Shown here: positions 39,554 through 48,973 of the stretch, piece by piece | Numbering within the stretch: position 1 is the first letter of the stretch | Layout: each line of letters starts with the position of its first letter | Virus record (IMG/VR): IMGVR_UViG_3300034069_000553 | Coordinates: 1-58,183 of that record | DNA: 58,183 bases | Direction: 5' to 3' (one strand) | From: a virus | Notes under the pieces: generated by a model | Database searches by the model: none | What the model saw: only the letters and a program-made list of their open reading frames with translations | What the model was told of the DNA's origin: nothing | Made by a program: the position numbers and the translations under genes

Positions 39554-40300
39554 GTGGGAGAGATTACAGAATCCTCTTATCTTGTTACAGCCGGATGGGA
39601 TGACGTGCCTCATTTGGATGAGGACACGAAGCGTCAGCTGCTGGCACGCACCCCGCCGTATCTGCGCGACGCGCGCTCCAAGGGCACACCCTCGCTCGGC
39701 GCCGGCGCAATCTATCCGATTCCGGAAAGCGATATTACGGTGCCCACCGCGCCGATCCCACCGCACTGGAAGCGGTCGTATGCGATGGACGTGGGCTGGA
39801 ACCGCACGGCTGCGCTGTGGGGCGCAGAGGACCCGGAGACGGGAAACTGCACGCTCTACAGCGAATACTACAAGGGCCAGGCTGTGCCGTCCGTTCACGC
39901 CGATGCGATCCGCTCGCGCGGCAAGTGGATGAAGGGCGCAAGCGATCCCGCGGCGCGCGGCCGATCGCAGAAGGATGGCGAGCAGCTGTTCGCCACCTAT
40001 CAAGAGCTGGGGCTCGATCTCGTGGCCGCCGACAATGGCGTGGAGGCTGGCATCTACGACGTGTGGCAGATGCTGGAATCTGGGCGTCTGAAGGTGCAGC
40101 AGCACTTGGTCAACTGGTTCGCCGAATACAGGCTGTATCGTCGGGACGAGAAAGGTCACATCGTCAAGAAGAACGACCACTTGATGGACACGACGCGCTA
40201 TTGGGTGCGAACAGGCAGGAAGATCGCCACCTATCGTCCGGTCGATGCAATCGCCGGTGGAATGGGTGGCGGTGGCATCGCAGGGCGAATGGGGTACTGA
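39554..40300 (+). CDS. terL: terminase large subunit, nuclease half only
   Basis: GWDDVPHLDE, YAMDVGWNRTAALWG, DPAARGRSQKDG, GRLKV, KKNDHLMDTTRYW. GTG start 4 nt after the upstream stop. Confidence 0.85.
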   Translation: MGEITESSYLVTAGWDDVPHLDEDTKRQLLARTPPYLRDARSKGTPSLGAGAIYPIPESDITVPTAPIPPHWKRSYAMDVGWNRTAALWGAEDPETGNCTLYSEYYKGQAVPSVHADAIRSRGKWMKGASDPAARGRSQKDGEQLFATYQELGLDLVAADNGVEAGIYDVWQMLESGRLKVQQHLVNWFAEYRLYRRDEKGHIVKKNDHLMDTTRYWVRTGRKIATYRPVDAIAGGMGGGGIAGRMGY

Positions 40301-40301
40301 C

Positions 40302-42638
40302 ATGCTGATGAACAACGTTCCCTCGCTCGCCGCGATGGCCCAGGTGGATGTAATCGATAACGCCGTGGTGCCGCCGCCGCGGCCGACCCCCGATCCTGCC
40401 GCAACGGAAGAAAGCCTGCGCGGCATCGTGGACCGCCTTCAAAAGCTGGCTGATGAGCAGGTTCGCCAGAAAAGCACGGTGGAGCAGCGCTGGATCAAAG
40501 CCCTTCGCTCGTTCCACGGACATTACGATCCCACGATCGAAACCCAGCTCAAGGAGCAGAACAAGAGTCGGGCATTCGTCAAGATCACCCGCAAAAAGGC
40601 GAACAGCTGGAAGGGGCGTCTCGAATCCCTGATCTTCCCGACTGACGATCGCAACTATGGCATCCAGCCCACGCCGGTCCCGTCGCTGACCGCGGACGCC
40701 AAGCGCGCGGCGGAAGAGGCAGAGGCCGCCGTCGCGCAGGCGAACGAACAGCAGGCGCTGGCCGAGCAGCAATCGGCGCAGGGCGACGAGGCGGGGGCGG
40801 CCGTCGCGCAGACCGCAGCGCAGCGCACCGTGAAGAAAGCCACCGACGCCGCCGATCGCGCGAAGCAGCTGGATGCCCAGATCGCAGAGGCGAAGAAGCG
40901 TGGCGAGGCCATGCAAGCCGTGATGGACGATCAGCTGATCGAATGCAGCTACCCCGGAGAGGGGCGCGACGCGATCAGCGATTGGGTCATCTTGGGCAGC
41001 GGCATCGTCAAGGGGCCGTTGGCCGCGGACGTGGCGCGCGGGCAGTGGGTCAAGAAGGAAGACGGCTTCGTCTATGAGCGCTCGCCCGATCCGGCCCCAA
41101 TCTTCAAGCGCGTGGACCCTTGGAGCTATTTCCCGGAAATGGCCGCGCGCAAGAAGGGGGAGGAAGAGTTCGAGTTCGAGCGCCACCTGTGGACACGCAA
41201 GGATCTGCGCCGCAACGTGAAGGAGCGCGGCTTTGATGCCGACGCCACGCGCCGGCTTTTGGACAACGAGGTGCGCGACCGCTCCATCACCGACGCCGGC
41301 ATGAGCTATCTCGCCGAACTGCGTGCGATCGACGGCGCCACCGAGTTGCTAAAGGGTCGGTTTGTCGGCTGGGAGTACCATGGGCCGCTGGAATGCGACG
41401 AGCTGGTGACGATGCTCCATGCCGTGGGCGAGCACGATCTCGCTTTCGAGTATCAAGACAATCCCGATCCCTTGGCCGAGTTGCGGGTCATCGCCTATTT
41501 CTGTCAGGGTGAGTTGCTGAAGATCGCGCCGGAGTATCCCCTCGATAGTCAGGAATCGCTCTACAGCCTCGTCCCGTTCGAGCAGTCGGAGGGATCAATG
41601 TTCGGCTATGGCATCCCCGATATCATGGAGGACAGCCAAGCATCCATGAACGCCGGGTGGCGCATGGCGCTCGACAACGGCGGCTTATCCTCCGGGCCGC
41701 AAATCGTGGTGGACCGCGATGGTATTGAGCCGGCGAACGGCGTCTGGGAGATCACGCCGCGCAAGATATGGTGGCGCAAGAAGGGTGCCGCGCAGGTCAA
41801 TGACCTGTTCCAGGTAGAGGACATTCCCAACAAGGTCGCCGAACTGATGGCGATCGTGGAAACCTCGCGACGCTTCGCCGACGACGAAACCGCTCTGCCG
41901 GTGCAGTCGGAGGGCGAGATGACGGACAACCCGAACGTCACGGCCACTGCGTCCAACATCATGGCGCTGGGATTCAACGTCACCTTTCGCATGGCGGTGA
42001 AGGCGTGGGATGACGGGATGACTGTGCCGTCGATGCGCCGGCTGTACGACTGGAACATGCAGCACAACGACCGCGACGACATCAAGGGCGACATGAAGGT
42101 GGACGCCCGCGGCACGTCGGTACTCTTGATGCGGGAGATGGTCGGCCAAGTGCTCATGGCCGTGGTGCAGAACCACACCGCACACCCGGTGCTGGCCGCC
42201 ATGCTCAACCCCTACGACGCCTATCGCAAGTTCCTCCAATCCGTGAACGTTCAGCCCGACGAGATCATGGTGTCCAAGGAGGAATGGGAAAAGCGCATGA
42301 AGGCGCAGGCGGACGCGGCCGGCCAGCAGCAGAACCCACAGATGGTCACGGCGCAGATGCAGCTTCAGCGCGCGCAGCTGGAATCTCAAACTTCGCTGCA
42401 AATTGCCCAGATCAATCGCGACACCGAGCTGACCAAGCTCGCCGAGGCGCGCAACATGAAGCTGGACGATCTCAAGACCATGCTCAACATCAAGCAGATC
42501 GAAACCGGCAGCAAGGAGCGCATGTTCGCCGCCGAGCTGGGTGCCGAGCAGCAGAACGCCGACCAAGCGCGCGCAGATGGTCGTGAGCCGAGCGGATCGG
42601 GCGGGTTCATCTCGTCCGGCAGCGAGCCGCGCCCATGA
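40302..42638 (+). CDS. portal protein
   Basis: 778 aa, immediately after TerL-C and before the scaffold/capsid genes. Confidence 0.7.
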   Translation: MLMNNVPSLAAMAQVDVIDNAVVPPPRPTPDPAATEESLRGIVDRLQKLADEQVRQKSTVEQRWIKALRSFHGHYDPTIETQLKEQNKSRAFVKITRKKANSWKGRLESLIFPTDDRNYGIQPTPVPSLTADAKRAAEEAEAAVAQANEQQALAEQQSAQGDEAGAAVAQTAAQRTVKKATDAADRAKQLDAQIAEAKKRGEAMQAVMDDQLIECSYPGEGRDAISDWVILGSGIVKGPLAADVARGQWVKKEDGFVYERSPDPAPIFKRVDPWSYFPEMAARKKGEEEFEFERHLWTRKDLRRNVKERGFDADATRRLLDNEVRDRSITDAGMSYLAELRAIDGATELLKGRFVGWEYHGPLECDELVTMLHAVGEHDLAFEYQDNPDPLAELRVIAYFCQGELLKIAPEYPLDSQESLYSLVPFEQSEGSMFGYGIPDIMEDSQASMNAGWRMALDNGGLSSGPQIVVDRDGIEPANGVWEITPRKIWWRKKGAAQVNDLFQVEDIPNKVAELMAIVETSRRFADDETALPVQSEGEMTDNPNVTATASNIMALGFNVTFRMAVKAWDDGMTVPSMRRLYDWNMQHNDRDDIKGDMKVDARGTSVLLMREMVGQVLMAVVQNHTAHPVLAAMLNPYDAYRKFLQSVNVQPDEIMVSKEEWEKRMKAQADAAGQQQNPQMVTAQMQLQRAQLESQTSLQIAQINRDTELTKLAEARNMKLDDLKTMLNIKQIETGSKERMFAAELGAEQQNADQARADGREPSGSGGFISSGSEPRP

Positions 42639-42844
42639 GCATGGCACCCAACAGCCCGGAATGGATAGCGCTCCGTCAATGGAACGCTCAGCGCATCGCC
42701 ACATGGACAGCCGAGCTGACTGCGCTCGGGTGTCCTGACGACAGAGCGCACCAGCTTCGAGGCATGATCTTTGCTCTTTCCGAGCAGATCGAGCACGTAG
42801 AACCGTCTCCGACCCCTGAGATAATGGAGCCAAATTATGGTTGA
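42635..42844 (+). CDS. hypothetical small protein
   Basis: ATGA-coupled. Confidence 0.5.
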   Translation: MSMAPNSPEWIALRQWNAQRIATWTAELTALGCPDDRAHQLRGMIFALSEQIEHVEPSPTPEIMEPNYG

Positions 42845-43826
42845 CACACCCACTGGACCGGAACCGCAAAGCGAGGTAAACGATGAGGCAACGGAAGATT
42901 TCTCTTCCCACTTCGCGGAGTTCGCATCGGGCAATCCCGATCCCAATCCCGGCGACAGTGACGATGGGAATGACGACGACACGGCCGGTGGTGACGAGGG
43001 CGAAGAGCCCGGCGAAGCCAGCCCGCCAGCCGATGCCCCCGGCGACGAGCCCGCGGCAGGCGACCCGATCCCTGATCCTTGGGCAAATGCCTCTCCCGAA
43101 CTGATTGCCGCGCGTGACGCAATGCGAGCGGACTATGATCGAAGGGTGGCAGGAGCCAGCGGCCGGGCAAGCGGGCTTCAACGACAGCTGAACGAGCTTC
43201 AGGCCAAGGCCGGCAAAAGCCCGCCGCCGCAGGAAGCTGCCGAAGGGGAGAAGGCCCCGGAGGATATGTCGGAGGAGGAGTGGAAGGCGTTTACCGAGGA
43301 TTACCCGGAGATCGCCAAGTTCATTGCTCCGATGCGCCACAAGCTGTCGAACGTCGAGCGCACGGTGGTCCCGATCTCCGCGGCGCGCGCCGAAGAAGCC
43401 GTCAAGCAAGCCTTCGCTGTTCTGGAACAGGAGCACGCGGATTTCCGTCAGTTCGGCGATCCGACCATCCCCGGCTACGCGGCCGAGCTGGAAAAGATGC
43501 CTCCCGAGGCGCAACAGCTCAACGCCACGTTCCATGGCTGGCTCGGCGCTCAGCGGCCCGGAATCCAAGCGCTCTATTCCAGCGATGATGCCGCCGACGC
43601 GGCAACCGTGCTTCGCATGTTCAAGACCGAGCGTGCGGCAGCGATGAAGCAACCGGGTGAGGGCGCAGAGCCCAAGCCCACTGACACAACCGGCGCCAAG
43701 CGGGCGCGGCAGTTGGAAGGAGGGCGGCACGTCGGGTCAAAGCCTGGCAGTGCCGCAGCGGGAGCCCCCGACGATTTCGAGGGGGCGTTCGCTCACTTCT
43801 CGGCGAAGCAACAACGCCGGAAGTGA
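42837..43826 (+). CDS. scaffolding protein candidate
   Basis: acidic low-complexity N-terminus, helical Ala/Glu/Lys-rich body, positioned between portal and capsid. Confidence 0.6.
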   Translation: MVDTPTGPEPQSEVNDEATEDFSSHFAEFASGNPDPNPGDSDDGNDDDTAGGDEGEEPGEASPPADAPGDEPAAGDPIPDPWANASPELIAARDAMRADYDRRVAGASGRASGLQRQLNELQAKAGKSPPPQEAAEGEKAPEDMSEEEWKAFTEDYPEIAKFIAPMRHKLSNVERTVVPISAARAEEAVKQAFAVLEQEHADFRQFGDPTIPGYAAELEKMPPEAQQLNATFHGWLGAQRPGIQALYSSDDAADAATVLRMFKTERAAAMKQPGEGAEPKPTDTTGAKRARQLEGGRHVGSKPGSAAAGAPDDFEGAFAHFSAKQQRRK

Positions 43827-43876
43827 CTGCCCAAGACGGTCGTAGCCACGGAAGCGCTCCCGAATGGGGGATTACC

Positions 43877-44869
43877 ATGGCTACGACCAAGTATGGCGAT
43901 ATCGGGACGCGCACCGCTGCCTGGGCCGCCACCGAAATGCTCGCACACGCAGAACCCTTCCTCGTCCTGTCCAAGATGGGCATGATCCGGCCGATGCCGA
44001 AGAACAAGACGGATACCGTCAAGTTCCGTCGCATCATCCCGCTGGCGCCCGCCACCACGCCCGTTGTGGAAGGCGTCACGCCGACCGCGCAGAAGATGGG
44101 CTACGAGGACGTTACCGTCGTCCTGAAGCAGTACGGCCGCCCGATCGAGATCACCGACAAGGTGACCGACCTGTCGGAAGACCCGGTTCTCGCCGACGCC
44201 AGCCAGCAGGCCGGCGAGCAGGCGGGACGCACAATCGAGCAGATCGTCTATGGCGTGCTGCGCGCCGGCACCAACGTCGTGTACGCCAACGGCGCCGCGC
44301 GCGCCGCGGTCAACACGGCTATCACGCTGAACAAGCAGCGCGCGGTGACCCGCGTTCTTGCCGCCCAGAAGGCGCGCAAGATCAGCCGCATGGTCGCGGC
44401 CGGGCCGGGCTATGGCACCAGCGCGGTGGAAGCCGCCTACGTTGCGGTGGGCCACACCGATCTCGACAGCGACATTCGCAACATGGCCGGCTTCGTGCCG
44501 GTCGCGAAGTATGGCGCCAAGTCGATGATCTCCGAGCAGGAAGTCGGCACGGTCGAGCAGGTCCGCTACATCCTGACGCCCGATCTGGCACCGTTCGCCG
44601 ATGCGGGCGGCGCGGCCGGCACCACTGTGCTGTCCACCAGTGGTGCCCAGGCCGATGTGTATCCGGTCCTCTTCTTGGGGCAGGATTGCTTCGGCCAAGT
44701 GCCGCTCAAGGGCAGCGAGGCCATCACGCCCATGGTGGTGAACGCCAAGCCGACCGACAGCGACCCGATGGCGCAGCGCAACTACGTGTCGTGGAAGACG
44801 TGGTTCGCCGCGGTCATCCTCAACGATCTGTGGATGTGCCGCCTCGAAGTGGCCGTCTCCAAGCTGTAA
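43877..44869 (+). CDS. major capsid protein (resembles my recollection of the N4 gp56 family)
   Basis: 330 aa, strong SD, followed by a terminator hairpin, positioned after the scaffold. Confidence 0.75.
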   Translation: MATTKYGDIGTRTAAWAATEMLAHAEPFLVLSKMGMIRPMPKNKTDTVKFRRIIPLAPATTPVVEGVTPTAQKMGYEDVTVVLKQYGRPIEITDKVTDLSEDPVLADASQQAGEQAGRTIEQIVYGVLRAGTNVVYANGAARAAVNTAITLNKQRAVTRVLAAQKARKISRMVAAGPGYGTSAVEAAYVAVGHTDLDSDIRNMAGFVPVAKYGAKSMISEQEVGTVEQVRYILTPDLAPFADAGGAAGTTVLSTSGAQADVYPVLFLGQDCFGQVPLKGSEAITPMVVNAKPTDSDPMAQRNYVSWKTWFAAVILNDLWMCRLEVAVSKL

Positions 44870-44875
44870 TCCAGC

Positions 44876-44905
44876 GCGGGGGGCTCTGATGCCCCCCGGT
44901 CCTTT
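44876..44905 (+). terminator. rho-independent terminator candidate
   Basis: cggggggc-tctgat-gccccccg followed by gtcctttct. Confidence 0.6.
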
Positions 44906-44929
44906 CTCCCATAGAGGGATACAACGACC

Positions 44930-45256
44930 ATGATTCCGAGCATCACGATCTCGCAGGTTACGGGAACGGGCGCCGCCCTTTCCGTCGCCATTGGCTTCGT
45001 TCCCGATCGGATCGAGGCCCGCAACCGCACCACCGGCCGTACCGTCACGTGGTTTCGCGGCATGGGCGCGGGCACCGGCGACGCTTCCGGCAACGGCGTC
45101 ACGCCGGCGGCGGTGACGGCGGGGCAGGGCTTTTCGGCCATGAACAGCACCACGCTGGGCGATGGCTTCACCATCGGTGTCGACGCCATCAACACCGCAG
45201 GCCAAGTGATCGATTTCATCGCCAGCCGCAGCGGTCCCGGCGCCTCGAACACCTAA
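44930..45256 (+). CDS. virion protein candidate (decoration/minor capsid)
   Basis: flanked by hairpins in the structural block. Confidence 0.5.
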   Translation: MIPSITISQVTGTGAALSVAIGFVPDRIEARNRTTGRTVTWFRGMGAGTGDASGNGVTPAAVTAGQGFSAMNSTTLGDGFTIGVDAINTAGQVIDFIASRSGPGASNT

Positions 45257-45261
45257 GCGCG

Positions 45262-45292
45262 CGGGGAGGTTGATACCTCCCCGTTCCCTTTT
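45262..45292 (+). terminator. rho-independent terminator
   Basis: cggggaggt-tgat-acctccccg followed by ttccctttt. Confidence 0.7.
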
Positions 45293-45318
45293 CCACGCTC
45301 CATCCAAGGGAGAGAGCA

Positions 45319-46029
45319 ATGCCCGACGAAAATGAGCAGGCCGGCGAGAAGCTGACCACCATCGTTCTTGCAGCCGACGACAGCACCTCGCGCTTCGGCA
45401 ACACCGTCCCCGTGCCGGTCAACGGCAAGGTTTCGCACCTGACCGTGGGGGAACCAACCCCTGTGGGGGAGCACATTATGTCCGCCCTCGACGGCGCCGG
45501 CATCCGTTACACGGTGCAGGATTCGAGCGAGGATGCGACCGGGGCGTCGTCGGGAGGGGTCTTCGACGGCGCCCTGCCTGCCGACGATACGGCGCAGAAG
45601 AGTATCACTCCCCTGACCGATCGCAACACCCCCAACGGGACGGTGCAGAGCGACGTGCAGCAAGGCACCGCCGGCGACGAGCTGGAAACGCCCACCGAGC
45701 TGATCCCGACGCCGGCGCCCGAGGACTCCCAGCCGAATGCGGCGGGCGGCGTGACGCTCGCCAACGGCGTGAACAGCGCGGTTGGCACGAACGCCGATGC
45801 GGCCGAGCCGCAGGAAGTCGGCCAGGCCGAGGGCCAGAGCGAAGAAGCGGCCACCAAGGAGCCGAACGCGCTCGATGGTTCGATCCCCGATCTGGTCGAA
45901 TACATCAAAACCGAGAACGATCCGGCCGAGATCGATCGGCTGATCGCTGGCGAGAAGGCCGGCAAGTCGCGCATCGGCGCGCTGGACGCGCTGGAAGCTC
46001 GCAAGAGCGAGCTGGCTGCTGCCGAGTAA
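45319..46029 (+). CDS. structural protein candidate carrying a 'PVPVNG' module
   Basis: FGNTVPVPVNGKVSHLTVGEPTPVGEHIMSALDGAGI; acidic low-complexity middle. Confidence 0.5.
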   Translation: MPDENEQAGEKLTTIVLAADDSTSRFGNTVPVPVNGKVSHLTVGEPTPVGEHIMSALDGAGIRYTVQDSSEDATGASSGGVFDGALPADDTAQKSITPLTDRNTPNGTVQSDVQQGTAGDELETPTELIPTPAPEDSQPNAAGGVTLANGVNSAVGTNADAAEPQEVGQAEGQSEEAATKEPNALDGSIPDLVEYIKTENDPAEIDRLIAGEKAGKSRIGALDALEARKSELAAAE

Positions 46030-46036
46030 CCTGACC

Positions 46037-46059
46037 GGGCGGGGCGCGTTGCCCCGCCC
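46037..46059 (+). other. GC hairpin without a T-tract
   Basis: gggcggggc-gcgtt-gccccgccc. Confidence 0.5.
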
Positions 46060-46082
46060 CCAACCTGAAGGGGACCCCTCCC

Positions 46083-46676
46083 ATGAAGATTTCGCAACTC
46101 CCTCTCGCTGAAGCGACGCCCGCCCAAGTGCGCGCATACGCAACCGATTTTCTCCAGCTGGATATCGAGCACGGTTCCAGCGATGCGGCCGTCGAAGCGG
46201 CCGTGATGACCGCGCAGGGCTGGGCTGGCGATGGCACGGAGATGATCTTCGTCATGGAAGCTGCGGCTGCTGCGCCGTCGCAAGCCGGTGACCCGCCGCC
46301 TTTCGTGCCGGGCGCCACCGCGCCGCGGCCCGCCGCCCCGGTCGGCGCCATGGCGGGATCGCTGGGACACGATGACCCGCAGGTCACCATCAAGATCAAC
46401 AACGATGCCGGTCGCGGCTCCATTGGCGCGCGCGATGTTCCGGTGGGCGTGAACGGCCGCGTCTGGCAGCTGAAGCGGATGGTTCCCGTCAAGATTCCGT
46501 ATCGCGTGTTCTTGGCGTTGCAGGATGCGATCGAGGACGAGGTGACGCACGATCCCAGCAACAACGAGGAGCTGCACACCGATGTGCAGCGCGTGACCTA
46601 TCAGAGCATTTCCATGCCCAGCGCCGATGAGATCGCCGAGTGGCACGCGCGCGTGGACGCCACGGAGCTGGTTTGA
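46083..46676 (+). CDS. structural protein candidate carrying a 'PVGVNG' module
   Basis: ARDVPVGVNGRVWQLKRMVPVKIPYRVFLALQDA. Confidence 0.5.
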   Translation: MKISQLPLAEATPAQVRAYATDFLQLDIEHGSSDAAVEAAVMTAQGWAGDGTEMIFVMEAAAAAPSQAGDPPPFVPGATAPRPAAPVGAMAGSLGHDDPQVTIKINNDAGRGSIGARDVPVGVNGRVWQLKRMVPVKIPYRVFLALQDAIEDEVTHDPSNNEELHTDVQRVTYQSISMPSADEIAEWHARVDATELV

Positions 46677-46679
46677 ACC

Positions 46680-47393
46680 ATGGCCACGTTCCTTGAGCTT
46701 GTCCGCGACTTGGCCCGCGAAAGCGGGACGCTGGCTGGCGGGGTGCAAATCGGCACCCTGACCAACGTGACCGGGCGCGCGGATAAGCTCGCGGCGTGGG
46801 TGCGCAAGGCATGGATCAACATCCAGAACGAACGGCAGGATTGGCCGTGGATGCGGCGAGAGTTCCAGAGCAGCTTGGCGATCGGTGTGGCTCGTTACAC
46901 TGGCGCCGATTTGCGGCTGGTGCGCTTTTCTCGGTTTATCGGGGATCGCCCGTATGGCGCCGGCCGTCATTTCGCGACCTTCACGCTTTGGGACCCCGCC
47001 GAAGGGCAGGCTGACGAGGGGGCAATCCAAGAGATCGACTACGACCTGTGGCGCGTGCGCTACGGTCGCGGCGCGCAAGAGTTGAACCGCCCGACCGTCT
47101 GGGCGCGCTCGCACTTGCAGGAGCTATGCCTGGGCGCGATCCCCGATAAGGCGTATGCCATAACGGGCGAGTATCGCGTGCTGCCCCAAGTCCTCACCTC
47201 AAACGACGATGTGCCCGAGTTGCCGGTCGAGTACCACAACGCGATCCTGCTCGAAGCGCTCAAGCTGCTGGGAATCAGCGACGAAAGCCCGCAGACTGCC
47301 TCATCTGCAATCAGCGAGTATGTGCTGGCACGCCAGAACTTGAACCGCGACTATTTGCCCGAACTGACGATCGGCGGCGGTCCGCTGGCATGA
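46680..47393 (+). CDS. head-tail adaptor / tail tubular A-like virion protein (positional call)
   Basis: 237 aa upstream of a 527-aa and a 629-aa tail gene, a podovirus-like order. Confidence 0.4.
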   Translation: MATFLELVRDLARESGTLAGGVQIGTLTNVTGRADKLAAWVRKAWINIQNERQDWPWMRREFQSSLAIGVARYTGADLRLVRFSRFIGDRPYGAGRHFATFTLWDPAEGQADEGAIQEIDYDLWRVRYGRGAQELNRPTVWARSHLQELCLGAIPDKAYAITGEYRVLPQVLTSNDDVPELPVEYHNAILLEALKLLGISDESPQTASSAISEYVLARQNLNRDYLPELTIGGGPLA

Positions 47394-48973
47394 CGCAGCG
47401 CCCTTCGGCCTATGTCTTCCAAGGCGGGCTTGACGAGATCACGTCGCCGCTGATCGTTCCCAAGGGGCGGGTAATTGGCTGCAAGAACCACGAAAGCGTT
47501 TCCGGTGGGTACGCGCGCGTGGGTGGTTTCGAGCGCTTCGACGGGCGCATCTCGCCAACCACCGCTTTTCTTGCCTCCCCCGAGGACGGCGCGGTCGCCG
47601 CGCGCGAGGCGGCGCGTGCAGCGATCCATCAAGTTCCCGGTGCCGGCCCCGTGCGCGGCGTGGCGTGCTATAAGGGCGAGCGCTACGCATGGCGTGACAA
47701 TGCCGCAGGGACTGCCGGGGTGATGCATCGCGCCACTCCCGCTGGCTGGGTGCCGGTGCCATTGATGGCGGGGCAGTCATGGCCGGCCGGCGGCCGATAC
47801 CTGACCGAGAACCACAACTTCTACGGCGCCAGCGCGCGCAAGCGGATGTACGGCTGCAATGGAGTTGGACCTGGCTTCGAGTTCGACGGGACAGCGGTGA
47901 CATTCATTTCCACCGGGATGCCGGTGGATGCGCCGAACCGCATCGCGATCTACAAGCAGCAGCTTTTCTTTTCCTTTCCCGGTGGCAGCGTTCAGCATTC
48001 GCAAGTCGGTGAGCCGCTGATGTGGGAAGCGAAGCTGGGCGCAGGCGAGATCGGTGTCGGTTCCGATGTGACCGACATGATCGAAACAACGGACGCGCTG
48101 CATATCTTCACGATCGATGCCGTCAACACCTTGGTGGGAAACGATGAAGCAGACTTTGTTCTGCAACCGCTTGCCACTGAAGAAGGGCAGGGCGCCATCC
48201 CGTTCAGCACGCAGAAGGTAGGGGTTCCGATGTATCTCGACGTGGGCGGCTTGCGGTCCATCACGTCCACCAATGCCTATGGTAACTTCCGCCTGGGCGC
48301 GCTGACACCGCAGGTCCAGCCGACGCTCGGCGGCAAGCGTCGTAGCGGCATCGCGCCGGTTGCTTCGTGCGTGGTGAAGGGGAAGGATCAATACCGCCTG
48401 TTCTTCAACGATGGCACCGGCGTGAGCGTCTATTTCGGCCGCAAGTACCCCGAGCCTATGCTGTTTGACCTGCCCTTCGCCGTATCATGCCTGGCCGTAG
48501 AGCCGGCCGCCAGCGCGGGCGAGCGCGTCTTTGCCGGCGCGTCTGATGGCTTCGTGTACGAGTTGGACGCGGGCACGTCATACGATGGTGACGAGATCAT
48601 CGCATACTTGCAGCTGCCGTGGGACAACGAAGGCAGCTCGGACGTGCTGAAGCGTTGGCACAAGGCAACGATCGAGCTGGCCGCGGAGCCGAACACGCAG
48701 ATCGGAATGTTCGCCGAGTTCGACTATGGCGATGGCGAGCAGCGCACGTTGCCGCAGCAGGAGTTCACCGTCACTGGTGGCGGTGGGTTGTGGAATACCG
48801 TCTCGTGGGACGAGTTCTTCTGGTCTGCTCCCGCCGAGGGCAAGGCGGAATGCTATCTCGACGGGCAGGGGGAAAATATGTCATTGGTGATCGTCTCGCA
48901 GGGGACGGAGCAGTTCTCCTACGTGCTCAGTTCGCTGCGCAAGAAGATCACGGTCAGGGGGGCGAAGCGATGA
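47390..48973 (+). CDS. tail tubular B / nozzle-like virion protein (positional call)
   Basis: 527 aa, ATGA-coupled on both sides. Confidence 0.4.
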   Translation: MTQRPSAYVFQGGLDEITSPLIVPKGRVIGCKNHESVSGGYARVGGFERFDGRISPTTAFLASPEDGAVAAREAARAAIHQVPGAGPVRGVACYKGERYAWRDNAAGTAGVMHRATPAGWVPVPLMAGQSWPAGGRYLTENHNFYGASARKRMYGCNGVGPGFEFDGTAVTFISTGMPVDAPNRIAIYKQQLFFSFPGGSVQHSQVGEPLMWEAKLGAGEIGVGSDVTDMIETTDALHIFTIDAVNTLVGNDEADFVLQPLATEEGQGAIPFSTQKVGVPMYLDVGGLRSITSTNAYGNFRLGALTPQVQPTLGGKRRSGIAPVASCVVKGKDQYRLFFNDGTGVSVYFGRKYPEPMLFDLPFAVSCLAVEPAASAGERVFAGASDGFVYELDAGTSYDGDEIIAYLQLPWDNEGSSDVLKRWHKATIELAAEPNTQIGMFAEFDYGDGEQRTLPQQEFTVTGGGGLWNTVSWDEFFWSAPAEGKAECYLDGQGENMSLVIVSQGTEQFSYVLSSLRKKITVRGAKR

